NCBI GenBank assembly: GCA_012295275.1
Contig: CM022678.1
Location: forward strand, 19,654,001 to 19,718,000
Source: Chrysomallon squamiferum
Lineage: Eukaryota; Animalia; Mollusca
Direction: 5' to 3'
Length of the DNA: 64,000 nt
In this document: positions 1-15,769 of the stretch, in pieces
Position numbering within the stretch: position 1 is the first letter of the stretch
Layout of the letters: every line of letters starts with the position of its first letter
Made by a program: the position numbers and the translations under genes
The notes under the pieces: generated by a model
Seen by the model: only the letters and a program-made list of their open reading frames with translations
Told to the model about the DNA's origin: nothing
Databases searched by the model: none

Positions 1-299
1 TTCATTTGTTTCAGACTTCAATAAAAAAATCTTTCCCCCAATTTAAAAAGGAAGATGAATTTTCCTGGTTTTTCATAATTTTTTTGTCTTTTCTATTTTT
101 TTTTTTTTTTTTTTATCTTTATCAGTTGACAGCTGGCAGAAGTAATAATATATCTATAAATTGCAATGTAAAATATTTTTAAAAATTAAAAATTATTTGT
201 AAAAAATCATGTTTAATTACACATATAATTATGTTAGATAAAGTTATAATAAAATAAATCCATCTCTAAACGATTTATATTGTCAAATATATTTAAACA

Positions 300-470
300 G
301 GTAATTTTATTTTATTTTATTTTATTTTATTTTATTTTATTTTATTTTTCATTTCATTTCATTTATTTATTTATTTATTTATTTATTTATTTTATATATA
401 TATTTTTTATATTTATTTTATTTTTTTATTTTTATTTATACTTTATTATTTTTATTATTATTATTACTAC

Positions 471-515
<45 letters not shown>

Positions 516-690
516 AATTTATTATTTTATTATTATTATTATCATCATCATTATTATTATTAATATTATTATTATCATTATTATTATTATTATTATTATT
601 ACTATTATTATTTTAATATTATTATTATTATTATTATTATTATATTATTATTATTATTATCATCATCATTATCATTATCATTATTATTTA
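300..690. repeat. (TTTTA)n/(TTTA)n/(ATT)n microsatellite cluster
   Basis: direct reading; one of many simple-repeat tracts (ATT, CA, AT, AG, GATA) across the window. Confidence 0.95.
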
Positions 691-939
691 TTTCACCCAC
701 TTTAAGTCTGATTCTATTTCACATTAAGAGCTACTGACCGCTGTACAGTTATTACTAAACCACTGACTGACCACACACTGACCATTCAGTGACCATCAAC
801 TACAGATTAATGACTGCCCAGCCATTGACCACTGTACTACTGATAAGTAAACCACTGAGTGGCCAACTATGACCATTCACACTGACCATCACTGCTAGTG
901 ATTAGTAAGTACTTGACCACTCTCACAAATCTACAGTCT

Positions 940-1745
940 ACAACTATGTACTATAACTACATACTGTACAACAATGTACTGTATAAATATACACTGTACA
1001 ACTGTGTACTGTACAAATATACACTGTACAACTGTGTACTGTACAAATATACACTCTACAACTATGTACTGGATAACTATACACTGTACAACTGTGTACT
1101 GTACAAATATACACTGTACAACTGTGTACTGTACAACAATGTACTGTACAAATATACACAGTACAACCATGTATTGTACAAATATACACAGTACAACCAT
1201 GTATTGTACAAATATACACTGTACAACCATGTACTGTACAAATATACACAGTACAACTAGGTACTGTAACCATGTATTGTACAAATATACACTGTACAAC
1301 CATGTACTGTACAAATATACACTGTACAACCATGTATTGTACAAATATACACTGTACAACGATGTACTGCACAAATATACACTGTACAACCATGTACTGT
1401 ACAAATATACACAGTACAACCATGTATTGTACAAATATACACTGTACAACTATGTACTGTACAAATATACACAGTACAACCATGTATTGTACAAATATAC
1501 ACTGTACAACCATGTACTGTACAAATATACACTGTACAACGATGTACTGTACAAATATACACTGTACAACCATGTACTGTACAAATATACAGTGTACAAC
1601 CATGTATTGTACAAATAAACACTGTACAACGATGTACTGTACAAATAAACACTGTACAACGATGTAATGTACATGTACTGTGATAAATATACACTGTACA
1701 AGAACGTACTGTACAAACATACACTGCACAGTCGTGTACTGCACA
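940..1745. repeat. 30-bp minisatellite (ACTGTACAACCATGTACTGTACAAATATAC)
   Basis: tandem copies; source of the overlapping YKYTLYN / VVQCIF pseudo-ORFs. Confidence 0.95.
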
Positions 1746-2107
1746 GTCGTACACACACCGCTATGCACAACAATCAGCAGTCACAAGCTGGCGAGTATGT
1801 CACTGCTGACCAATGACCTTTCACTGCGCGCGCGGTCACTGACCACTCCCGCTTTTCCAAGTGGACGCACCCATCTGATTTAACATTCAACGCGAGCTGC
1901 TTGTGACACTGTGCATAACACCCCCCCCTCTCTCTCGCTGACTGAGCTGGCCCACCCACACACACACACACACACACTCACACAGGTCTGTCCTGTACTG
2001 CAGTGTGCGTTGCTAGGCAACTAACCACTTGCTACGTATGCAAGAGCAAGTTTAAGAAGACCTCCTGAAGCAGTGCAGGACACAACAATGGAAACAGGTC
2101 AAGTGTG

Positions 2108-2199
2108 CAGCTACACTGACAAACATTACCTGTGTGTTTCATTACCTACACAGTGGTCACACACATACACACACACACACACACAGACAGCTACACTGA

Positions 2200-2248
<49 letters not shown>

Positions 2249-2334
2249 GCTACACTGACAAACATTACCTGTGTGTTTCATTACCTACACAGTGGGTCAC
2301 TGGGATACAAACAAGTTTCATTTACACACACACT

Positions 2335-2372
<38 letters not shown>

Positions 2373-2436
2373 GCTACACTGACAAACATTACCTGTGTGT
2401 TTCATTACCTACACAGTGGTCACTGGGATACACAAG

Positions 2437-2484
<48 letters not shown>

Positions 2485-2527
2485 ACACACAAACACACCT
2501 GTGTGTTTCACACACACAGTGGTCACA

Positions 2528-2565
<38 letters not shown>

Positions 2566-2617
2566 GCTACACTGACAAACATTACCTGTGTGTTTCATTA
2601 CCTACACAGTGGTCACT

Positions 2618-2657
<40 letters not shown>

Positions 2658-2705
2658 GCTACACTGACAAACATTACCTGTGTGTTTCATTACCTACACA
2701 GTGGT

Positions 2706-2737
<32 letters not shown>

Positions 2738-2792
2738 GCTACACTGACAAACATTACCTGTGTGTTTCATTACCTACACAGTGGTCACTGGG

Positions 2793-2833
<41 letters not shown>

Positions 2834-2888
2834 GCTACACTGACAAACATTACCTGTCTGTTTCATTACCTACACTGTGGTCACTGGG

Positions 2889-2930
<42 letters not shown>

Positions 2931-2945
2931 ACACTGACAAACACA

Positions 2946-2991
<46 letters not shown>

Positions 2992-3134
2992 GCTACACTG
3001 ACAAACATTACCTGTGTGTTTCATTACCTACACAGTGGTCACAGACACACACACACACACACACAGACAGCTACACTGACAAACATTACCTGTCTGTTTC
3101 ATTACCTACACAGTGGTCACTGGGATACACAAGT

Positions 3135-3177
<43 letters not shown>

Positions 3178-3236
3178 ACACTGACAAAGACTATGTGTTT
3201 CATTACCACACTGTGGTCACTGGGATACACAAGTCT

Positions 3237-3268
<32 letters not shown>

Positions 3269-3638
3269 GCTACACTGACAAACATTACCTGTGTGTTTCA
3301 TTACCTACACTGTGGTCACTGGGATACACAAGTCTCACACACACACACACACACACACACAGACAGCTACACTGACAAACATTACCTGGGTGTTTCATTA
3401 CCTACACTGTGGTCACTGGGATACACAAGTCTCACACACACACACACACACAGACAGCTACACTGACAAACATTACCTGGGTGTTTCATTACCTACACAT
3501 TGGTCACTGGGATACACAAGTCTCACACACTCACACACACACACACACAGACAGCACACACAAACACAGACAGCACACACTGACAAACATTACCTGTCTG
3601 TTTCATTACCTACACTGTGGTCACTGGGATACACAAGT

Positions 3639-3684
<46 letters not shown>
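2108..3684. repeat. Compound minisatellite: ~55-70 bp unique core plus variable (CA)n per unit
   Basis: core GACAGCTACACTGACAAACATTACCTGTGTGTTTCATTACCTACACAGTGGTCAC recurs between CA tracts. Confidence 0.95.
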
Positions 3685-3688
<4 letters not shown>

Positions 3689-5884
3689 TTAAACCAAATA
3701 CGTTTTTACTTATGATTTAATGGGCTGTATATATTTATATATATATATAATAGAATTATTAAGTGTTGAATTTCGTTGTGCTAAAGATAATGTAATTTAT
3801 TTCTTTTTATTGAATAAAATGAATAGTTATTATGTTATTCAAAATGTTATTACATTATTCATATGGTATGTTAAATATATTATATTATACGTTAATAGGT
3901 CGTTTATGTAATTAAATTGTATATAATGAATTTCTTTATGTTAAAATAATTTAATTTACTGTTATTTATGAAACAAAAGTAATATGGTTAGTATGTTATT
4001 TGTATACACGTCAAGCTAAATGTATTATAAAGACTCTATTTTAACAGCCAGTTCATATAATAAAATTACATATTTAATCAGTGTGTTAAAATAATATAAT
4101 TTATTTATTGAAATAAATTAATAATGTCAGTTTAAAAGAAATCTGTGTTACTCATATACATGTTTTATACTAAATATATTTCACCTACATTTTAATAGAC
4201 AGTTCACATAATAAAATAATACACTGAATTTCACTGTGTTGATATAAATTACTTTTATTTATTGAACAAAATTAATTTTGTTTAGTTAAAAAAAAACAAA
4301 AAAAAAAAACACTGTTATTTATATACTCACTACATTATATACTAAATTTGTCACATAATCAAAATAATATAATAGTGAATTTCATTATGTTAAAATAATG
4401 TCATTTACTTTTATTTATTAAACAAAGTTAATATTGTTGTTGTTATTCATATACACATATTATACTAAATATATTCTACTATGTTTTAATAGAACGTTAT
4501 ATAATAAAATTTAATAACTAACAAAAAATTACATATTTAATTTCATTGTATTAAAGTATTATAATTCACTTTTATTTATTAAACAAAAGTATAGTTTGTC
4601 ATAAAAAAGCTATGTTATTGATATGCATGTTATAACATTTTAACAGAAAATTCATATTCTAAAAATTACTTACTGAATAACATAATGCTAAAATATGCAT
4701 GTTATACTATGTATTACATTTTTAACAGAAAATTCATATAATTAAAAATTACTTATTAATAAAATTATGCTAAAATAATGTAATTAATTTTATTTATTAA
4801 TCAATCAATGAAAAACCAGCCAAACTAACGAATGCTCAATGTCACATCAATGTATTTTAGTTTTACTGTCTGTGAGATTCTTTTTCTAGACAAAAAAAAA
4901 CCTAGTGTCTCCATATTCTGTTTATATTTTTCATTTTTATTTCAAAAATTTTAATGATAAAGAATACCTCATCCCTGTAGAGACATGATCCTAGGACCCA
5001 TCGTTTGTCAACTGCACCAACAAGTTGCTTGTTATTAGGAAAGAAAAGAAAACTTTATTGTTAGTAAAGGTTTAGTATTAATTTACTAAATTTAATCATT
5101 ACGGAATTGTTGTATGGTTTTTATTTCCAAAATATTTATATGAAATGTTATAAAAGAAAAGACAAGAAAATTGCAACACTTTATTGTTAGTAAAGATTTA
5201 GTGTTCAAGTATATTTTTGACATTGTTATGTTGTTCTGATTATTATTATTATTTTGCTATTACTATCATCATCATCGTCATTGTCATCATGATTATAATA
5301 ATAAAACATAAATTACAAAGATTATAACAGTATTAAATTATTTTCTCAATTATATCAAATGCTCTTAAAAGACTGGGTGCTACCACACCCTTTTGGCACA
5401 AGGCCACAATCACTGCATAACAGATTTTTCTGACCTCCACACACAGAAGAGCTGACCTCTGGCGATGCCCCCCCCACACACACCCTGTTTTTGCTGCAGT
5501 GGTGGAAACAAAACAACATATTGCAGAACTTTGGGCAACTCCTGGTAACCATCACCAGCAACCTAGACTTGCTAAAGTCAAAACTGAAAAATTATTAAAT
5601 ATGTACCAAAACTATTTATATATATATATATATATATATATTTGTTTTTTCTTTTCTATTCTTTTCTTTTTACATATCCTTTTAAAGATGGTGTGTATAA
5701 TTTTAACATCATGATAACATTTAGTGACCATTGTAATGGTCATGACATTGTCTTTGTCTGTATCTAGAGTGACCACTTCAGTGGTCAAATGGTTTTATTT
5801 ACAGTCGATGATGAAGTGCATCATGTTTTCATTTGTGATGTCAGAGGAGTGTAAATTTCTACTACAGTTCAAATTTCAGCTGTC

Positions 5885-6160
5885 CTAGTTTGTACTGAAT
5901 GTATCATTGAATCAGTTGTATCATAGTTTGTAACTGAATGTATCACTGAATCAGTTGTATCATAATTTGTAACTGAATGTATCACTGAATCAGTTGTATC
6001 ATAGTTTGTACTGAATGTATACAGAATCAGTTGTATCATAATTTGTAACTGAATATATCATTCAATCAGTTGTATCATAATTTGTAACTGAATATATCAT
6101 TCAATCAGTTGTATCATAGTTTGTACTGAATGTATCACTGAATCAGCTGTATCATAGTAT
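5885..6160. repeat. ~39-bp minisatellite (GTATCACTGAATCAGTTGTATCATAGTTTGTAACTGAAT)
   Basis: tandem copies. Confidence 0.9.
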
Positions 6161-6527
6161 CATTCATACAAGTAGTTATCAATTGTAAAGTATCATATAC
6201 TGTATTTGCTGTATCAATTTTATCTAGTTGTAACATTTGTAATATTAAAAACAACAGTTGTATCATTATCATTTATTATAATTATTATCTGTATCAGTTA
6301 TATAATAATTGTATCATTTATCATGTTCATTATACATATCAGTTGTGTCACATATGTATTATACACATTTTATCACTTCATCATTTGAACTGAATTCATC
6401 ACAACTTTATTATCAGATTATACTGAATTTATCATTTATCACATCATCCTATCTATATAAATATATAGTATCTATAAAAAAAAAAAAAAAAAAAAAAAAT
6501 AATAATAATAATAATAATAAAAATAAC

Positions 6528-6647
<120 letters not shown>

Positions 6648-7088
6648 TATAACAGTATCCAAATGTACTTTAATTATTTAAAAAAAAAAAAAAAAAAAAA
6701 ATTCACCTTTGGGTCATCAATAATAAAACAGCTAATAAAAGTAAAATTAATGGACACTAAATTTTATATTATCTTTATGTCACCTTTTTCTGCCAGGTTT
6801 TAGGGCAGTTAATCATTACAGCCCAGAGACAAACATTATTTTTTTAATTTTTTTTTTTTTTAAATACATTCAAACGGAAACCAGGCAATGATTAAAAAAA
6901 AAATCTATGTGTAAAAGTGCAGTAATGAAAAGATATTGCTAAAGTACAAGTATTGATTACTTCTGCTGGCTGTTGAACCGGAAATGCGTGCATGTGTTTG
7001 AGACGTGATATTTCGAAGAAAAACAAAATGAAGCAGAAGAAAAGAACGAATCAGGATAATAATCATTTGTAGGGTTTTATTAGTGTGT

Positions 7089-7129
<41 letters not shown>

Positions 7130-8269
7130 CACATCCATATATGTGTCGGTTCATGTGTCTGCATGTATGTATGTGTGTATATGTGTGTTTGTGTTTGTGT
7201 GTGTGTCTGTGTGTGTACGTGTATATTTGTATGTATGTGTGTCTTCACATCTGTGTATGTGTATGTTTCTGCATGTATATATATATATTTGTGTGCATGT
7301 GTGTGTGTTCATCTGTGTATATGAATGTGTCAGTGTGAATATATGTATATATATGCATATGTGTATGTTCATGTGTGTTTTTGTATAAATGTATGCATGT
7401 ATATACATGTATAGTGTGTATTAATGTGTATGAGTAGTTATGCATGTGCATGTGTGTAAGTGTCTTCTTGTGTATGAAAATGAAAATAAAAATTTTTAAA
7501 TAACAAAATTGTTTTTTTTATTTTAAAATAGTTGAGCAAATTAAATCTGTTCTCTTAAATTTAGATATCTGCTGTTGAGGGTGTTGTATGTACAGTGTGT
7601 ACAGCAGATATAAATAATCTAGTATTTACACATGTTCATACATGTACAAACACTCAAAACAATAGGAGTTTGACGGTTTGAACAAGACAAGTGAAACATA
7701 ATTGTATAAAAATAAAAATCTATAATGAAAGTAAATGAGAATATAAGAAGAACAATAGAATATTTATCACTTTTCTTCTTTACCAGTAAAGACAATTTGA
7801 CGAGCTATAAATATACTTGTATTATTAAGGAAATTGTAGATGTTTATTCAGTGTATGCTTTGTGTCCAAACAAGACAGGATAATTATAAGACAAATACAT
7901 TTATTGTACATGTAAAAAAAAAAAAAAAAAAAATTACAGTTTGAAGAGATATTAAAAAGAAAACAAGAAAAAATAAGTTAAGGATATAAAACAGAATTTA
8001 TTGTTCTGGTAGTACTTCCTGTTCTGTACGTACAACCAATGAAATTATTTGTAATAAAAATGACAAAACCCACAACTCAACAATCTGATGAACTGGAAAA
8101 AAAAACCATCATGTAAAATGAAAAGTGCATCTATTATTAATAATGTCTGTACTTTATGATGAAAAAAAGGAGAGAGTAGAACTGATTACAGTAGTTAATA
8201 TTAATATATTTGTATATGTATGTAAAGAAAATGATAATTTAATAATTTGATCAAAATAACTGTATACAA

Positions 8270-8376
<107 letters not shown>

Positions 8377-8417
8377 CTGTATAAAACCAAAAAAAAATGA
8401 TAGCAAAATGTACATAG

Positions 8418-8512
<95 letters not shown>

Positions 8513-9643
8513 TTAAAATTAAAACAGCTAACAAAACAATAACAAAATGAAAGAAATCAATTTTTTTGAAGTTCTTTTTTTTTTTCCTTCTTGCAAATGA
8601 CTTAAAATACAACTAAATTAAAGCGTTGCCTAGCAACTGACTCTGACATCATCTATTATGTAGAGAGTTTGACAGGGATCAGGAAGTGGAATTCTCTTTT
8701 CAAATGTCAAAAAAAAACCCAGGAACAGTTGAGAACAGACAGCGTGTGTGTGGGCAGCAAGTGTGTGTGGTGTTTGTGCATGGGTGCTTGGACAGGGTGT
8801 GGTGTTTGTGCATGGGTGGTTGGACAGGGTGTGGTGTTTGTGGAAGAGGGTGGTGTGTGATGTGTGTGTGTATGTTTATATATGTGTTTGTGTGTATGTG
8901 TTCCTGTCTTTGATTGTGTCCACACATATTTTGTGATTATTTCCAAATTTACACCAGCTGTAATTATTATTATTATCTTTTTTTATCTTCTTTTTTTATT
9001 TGATATAGTCATGAAAGATACAATTAATTTATTTTGCACATTCTCTGATAAATTACACAAAATATATTTTTTTAAACTTGATGAATTTGTTTTGCCACAA
9101 AAATCATAATGAACTCAGTCTGTGAAGAAATTTGTTCCTGACGAACAAAAAGAAGAAATTATAAAACTGTTCTCAGTTCTCTTCATACATCAACAACAAC
9201 AAAGTAACATTCCTCATATTAATGTATAATAATTCATAATACAAACCTGTAACACAAAATCCTGTATCTAACAAATCATGCCTTATAATCTACCTACCTA
9301 TAGGTTTACATCTCTCTATCTATCCATCAGCCTATCTATCTATCTATCTCTCTATCTATCTATCTGTCTGGCTGTCTGTCTGTCTGTCTATCTATCAATC
9401 TATTTGTCATCTACCTCTATCTATCTGTCTGTCTATCTATCTATCTATCTATCATCTATTTGTCATCTATCTATCTTTATATATATATATATATATATAT
9501 GCCTATCTATCTAACTATCTACATATGTATGTATATATCTACCTATGCATATAATCTATTTATTCTGTCTATCTATTGATCTACTGATCTATCAATCTAA
9601 TCTATCTATCTATCATCTATATCTATAAATATATCTATATCTG

Positions 9644-9679
<36 letters not shown>

Positions 9680-10278
9680 TATATATATATTTTCACACCC
9701 ATACACACACATCCATCCACACAGAAACATACATGTGTATATGCATCCTATCCTCACATACCCTATTTCTCTCATATCTTATCACTAACATATTCTCTCT
9801 CTGATTAAATCTTATTTTCTATACATGTACACATCTGTTTTTTATATATCTATATACTGTGATTATGTGTGTATGTGTGTATGTGTCTATCCACATCAAA
9901 TACCCCATCAATTCCTTTAATTCATAAAAATATTATTATTCTAAATATGACTTGACATAAACACACATCCATCTGATACATTCATTCTCTGTAACATACA
10001 TCTACTGAAACAGAGATGATCAATTATATACATCTATGTATATTCGTTTGTGTGTGTGTGTGTAAACACATATACACACACACACACACATACATATATA
10101 AATGTATATATAGATATATATGTGTGTGTGTCTATATACAGATAGATAGACAGATAGACAGATAGATAGATAGATAGACAGATAGATAGATAGATAGACA
10201 GATAGATAGATATTTGCTCTCCTATGTCAGAATGGTACAGTCCTAGTGGTGTGTGTGTGTATATATATATATACATAT

Positions 10279-10311
<33 letters not shown>

Positions 10312-10623
10312 CAAATAGATAGATAGATATTTGCTCTCCTACGTCAGAATGGTACAGTCCTAGTTAACGAGGTTCTCGGGCACCAGTGCAGTGTAATATG
10401 CAGGCAGTGACCGGCCACACAATCAATACAGGCTGAGCTTGTAGCCGATGCACACATAATGCAACCAAAATAGCATCATGGAGTCTATTGACCACACGCC
10501 CAACAGATCAATATTTGTGTGTACAAGTTTAACATTGATTTGTGGCGTGTATTCAAATTCACTGACAGCCCTGTGTGCACTGGTCAGTTGGGTTAAAGGT
10601 CACACTGTTGTGTTGTGTGTTTT

Positions 10624-10697
<74 letters not shown>

Positions 10698-12488
10698 TAC
10701 ATACATACATACATATATATATATATATGTATCTATGTATGTATGTATGTATATTTATATGTATATGTATATGTAATTTTTTATGAATGTATAAATTTGT
10801 ATATATATATATATAGATAGATGTTTGTACATGTATTTGTATCTATGTGTATATTTGTGTGTGTGTGTGTGAGTGTGTGTCTGAGTATATTTATATATAT
10901 ATTTGTGTGTGTGTGTGTGTGTGTGTGCGCATGCAAGTATATGTATGTATGTGAGGGACTGTATGTATGTTCGTGTTTGTGTTTTTGTTTTTAAATACAC
11001 ATATATTAGTGTATGTGTGTGTAAGATATATATATGTATACACTGATACAGTTATATCCATACCATATATCTACTGACATACATGTATGAATATACTGAT
11101 ATGTGTTTCTGTGGATGTTTATATTAAATTATATTTTAAAAAAATAGTCTAAAACTTCTGTCTCAAAAATACTGATACTCTCTTAGTTTAGTAGATTCCA
11201 TATCATAAAAGTATGTCTTAAAAGCAGTCATAGTTATACATACCAAATTTATAATGATACAGAAGTAATCATGCAGTGTTGTATCAATATTTCTGTGTTA
11301 AACATTTGATATAATTAAAAGTGTAAGTTAGTATTATACTATATTTTATGAATGGTTTGGGTTATGAGCTAAAAACATGATACACACATTAAAATAAATA
11401 AATAAATACATAAATAAATAAATATTTAAAAATTTAAACAAGAACGTTTAATTCAAATTTTGATAACATAACAAGAACTTTTTAAGTGCTTGGGAATAAC
11501 TCATTATTTGTAAATATTAATTTATTTATTTATTCATTATTTATACTCTTAAAATTAATAAGAAGACAGCAAATAACAAAGAAGAATTTTATGTGTGAAT
11601 TTCAAAATTTCAATGTGACAAATATTTCTCAGAAGAACCAATTAGAATCTTGTAAAGACATATTTGGACAGAAAAGAATGTACTGCATATACTTTATACT
11701 TACTTACATAGGGCATATCAATAAAATAAAAAATTAGATAATATATGTTTATTAAAAATGAATCTTCGTTTTTGTTTTATTTAATGACAGCCTTCATAAT
11801 AAAAGACAATTTGAAGAGAAGAGAATATAAAGAAAAGCTTCCAACAACCTTTTCACTTCACTCATGAAAGTGAACACACATAACAATAATAATAAAACAC
11901 AAAAGGAAAATATTTATATTGTTTTATTTCTGTATTTTTAACATCTTCTTCTTCTCCATATAATACAGAAACTTTCAGTTTATCATCAATAATATATATT
12001 TAACATATTTCCACCTACTTTTTTCAGTTTTAATGTGCCTGCCTAGAATTTTTTATTTTATTTTTTATTTTATTTCCTATCTCCTTCAGTTACTGTTGTG
12101 CAAACCTCCATCTCCTATTAAATTTGTCTTTTTCTCCTATCATTGTTTTGTCTTGTCCTTCTGTTATGGGTTTGTACGCCTCTTTTTTCTACCAGTTTTG
12201 TGTGTCTCTTTTTACCATTACTTTTTTTTATTATTTTTTTTATTATTATTATTTTTTTAATTACTGATTTGTTTTTCCTATCACTGTTTTGTGCATCTTC
12301 TAATCATTTTACTGTCTTCTTCTCCTGTTGTTGTTTTGTGTGACAAACTGTTAAACTACAAAATGGTTTCACTGTTCCTGCTCCCAGACTGTTTAGTAAT
12401 TTCATGGACAGCCATTTTACTGAGTGACTCACTTCAACCCATCAAATAATCTATCACAGAATGTGCATTATGATACAAGAAAAAAACT

Positions 12489-12549
<61 letters not shown>

Positions 12550-12600
12550 TAATAATAATAATAAAATAATAATAATAATGATAATAATAATAATAAAATA

Positions 12601-12682
<82 letters not shown>

Positions 12683-13362
12683 GTTATTCAGTTCAAGATA
12701 ACAATTTATTAACAACAGAAAATAATTTATCATTCAATAAACAAAATGTTTTCAAAATAATTAATATGAAACAGCATGAATAGATTGCATCTCTTTAAAA
12801 CTGTTTTTTTCCAGTTTCTTTTCAATCTTCATTACAAACAGGAGGAATAACCTACTGAGTTTCCTATATTTATAAAGAATCACAAGTTATCTTTCCTTAC
12901 TTCACATTAAAAAGAAAAAAATAATAATAATAAAATAAAAATCACTGGTGATTTTTCCCAGTCCTGCTATTAGTATTAATCATAACAACAGAGAACCTAT
13001 CTTTTTCCAGTTCAAACTTGAGATCAATTTTGTCAAGAAGTTTTTCATTTCACCTTGTATCAGAAATCAGTTTGTTCCAGCTCATTTAAACTTCCTCCCA
13101 GAAAAAAACAACCAAATTTAAACTTCACCTCCTTCACAATCAATGCATCTTTCCCAATTCTTTTAAAGAACAAATCTTTTTTTTTTACCCCAAAACTTCA
13201 TATTACTAACATGTTTTTCCACTTCTTTCAAGTTCACATAATTTTTTTTTCAATTATAAAATTCACATCATAGAGAAACCTTTGGATTTATTTTAATTTT
13301 ATATCTATTTATTTATTTATATATTTGTTTTGTTTTTGAGTTTTTTCATTTTAATTTTTTAA

Positions 13363-13533
13363 TCACAAAGCATCAAGAGCTTTCTTTTCCACTTCGGCGA
13401 ACTGTCTCTCAATGGCTGACACTTTGTTTCTGAATTCATCGTCCACCGCAGCGCTTTTCTCACACTGCTGCTGCATGAAGTCTGACCACTGCACACTTCG
13501 CTTCTCCCTCTGTGTCTGCAGAAACTCGGACTT
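13363..13533 (-). CDS. BLOC1S5: BLOC1S5 exon 5, terminal (KSEFLQTQREKRSVQWSDFM...ALDAL*)
   Basis: resembles the Muted C-terminal coiled coil; TGA at 13365-13363. Confidence 0.92.
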   Translation of the reverse strand, partial: KSEFLQTQREKRSVQWSDFMQQQCEKSAAVDDEFRNKVSAIERQFAEVEKKALDAL

Positions 13534-13614
13534 CTGTGTGAATAAAACATGAAAATCTCACACTTAATTATATATAAATATATATAGCAATATCCATATG
13601 TGTGTGTGTCTGTC

Positions 13615-13676
<62 letters not shown>

Positions 13677-13698
13677 CTTTACACACATAAACACATCC

Positions 13699-13755
<57 letters not shown>

Positions 13756-13808
13756 GGTATGTTTGGGTATATATATATATATATTCACAGGTATCCAGAC
13801 ATCCATCC

Positions 13809-13839
<31 letters not shown>

Positions 13840-14369
13840 GCTCTAGTTTCAGTTTCATAATCAAACAGACAGAAACTGTGCATCCGGCATCTCCTTATTA
13901 TCACAGTCGTACTTCATTATGTTTAAACAGTTCTTCATCAATTCATGAACTCACAATTTAACTCACAGTTCTACTACTCAAACGAGTATGTTTATTAACT
14001 CAAAATTCTAGTCATTCTTATCAGCTCAGAGTAATACTCATATGAGTGTTTTTTGTCAACTCAAATTCCTACTCACATTAGTGAGTGCATCAACTGACAC
14101 ACATATCAACAATTATTTTCTATCAATATCGCTTCAAATAAGTCATGGAAGTAGTTCATTCTAACCAACTCAAAAGAAATGTGTTTATCCATTCACATCA
14201 GTAGAGAATTAGTAGTTGTACAATTCATAATAATACTTATAACAACATTTACAATAATATTCACAATCACACAAACATGTAATTCATGAATGGAGTTACA
14301 ACTTTTCATTAAGCAAACCATTTTGTATGTACATGCCTATGTCTGTATGTGTGTGTTTATATGTGTGTG

Positions 14370-14410
<41 letters not shown>

Positions 14411-15484
14411 TTTTACAATTAGCAAGTCCTAGGTGACTTATACCTGTAATTAATTATTACCTGTGACTCAGTTTCCAGATTACAAATAGCTGAGCATCTC
14501 TCAGATGCATTCAAAGCTGAAAAAAAAAATTAAAAAAAATGTATTTACTTTGATAAATTTGTTTTATTATTCCGTTAAATTTTTAGCTTTTTGTTGCCTG
14601 ACAATGGACAAAAAAATAAATTAAAGGACATTAATTCAAGCTGCTGACAAAGAAAACATATTTTTGTTTTTAAAAGGGACCAAGTTAGGGTAACCTGCTC
14701 TCAAGAAAAAAAAATACAGGAAATGAATCTGGATCCTGTTCAGTAGAATTTGCTCTCTGAAAAGCACTTGACATAATTGTTTCAGCTGTTCAATGGATTA
14801 TCTATGAATAAATTTTCATCTGAATATTGCTTTAGAGATATCACCAAATGTATCAGAAGATTAGCTTTTTTATTCTGAAACTTCAATTCTTTTTGAAGAT
14901 AAATATTATGTTTTTTTTTTTTATCCTTTATATTTTAACTCTTTTGAAAATATTAGTTATTTTTGCAGGTTATTTTATGAAGATAACATAATATTTTCCT
15001 CTCTCTTTTTATTTTTATTTTTATTTTTACATACAGTGAAGAGAAATAAAACATACAACAAGGTTAATAAATAAAGTGACCAACTAAACAAATAAAAACG
15101 TGTTCTGTCCATGATAAAATTTATATATTCAGTTTTACTACAATGACCATATAAGTCAAACCTAAATCCAGGTTAAAAAGATTAATTAACATAAATAAAG
15201 AATGAATTTAAAAAAAAAAAAGTTTTACTTGTGTTTTTGATGTCTGACAAACACTGTGATAAAACAGACATCAAATCGGGTAACATTCTGTCCATTGTCT
15301 GTACATTGTTCAGTGTGTCTGTCAGTCTGTCAATCTCTCTGTCTCCTCGTTTTCACCTGTAACAAAAAGTAAAACATGTGCCATGAAAGTTTAGTTTATT
15401 TTATCTTTCTACAATCCTAGCTAAAAAAACTGGGTTAATGGCTCTGAATACATATAGATAGGTAGATTATATAGATAGATAGAT

Positions 15485-15515
<31 letters not shown>

Positions 15516-15719
15516 TTTTACGTGTGTGTGTGTGTGTGTGTGTGTGTGTTCAAGATAATAAGACCTGTTTGCTACAAATTCTCTAAAAAGTAGTTGTTAT
15601 GAATTTAATAATTCAAAAGTATCAACAAAGTATGTGTTCACTTAGTTCAAAACTCATCAATAACTTTTTTTTTTTTTTTTTCAAATTTCTTTTCTTTCTT
15701 TTCTTTTATTCTTTTTTTT

Positions 15720-15769
<50 letters not shown>

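Noticed and set aside
2108-3684. CRISPR-like repeat-spacer appearance
   Set aside because: Spacers are (CA)n rather than unique sequence, the context is eukaryotic and there are no cas genes.
280-3720. Many overlapping ORFs (YKYTLYN, HTHT, poly-I)
   Set aside because: Translations of micro- and minisatellites open in several frames and both strands; no protein signal.
5355-5583. Cys-rich minus-strand ORF preceded by a TTTTCAG acceptor-like site
   Set aside because: No recognisable homology or partner exon; BLOC1S5 already terminates at 13363; may be a decayed repeat.
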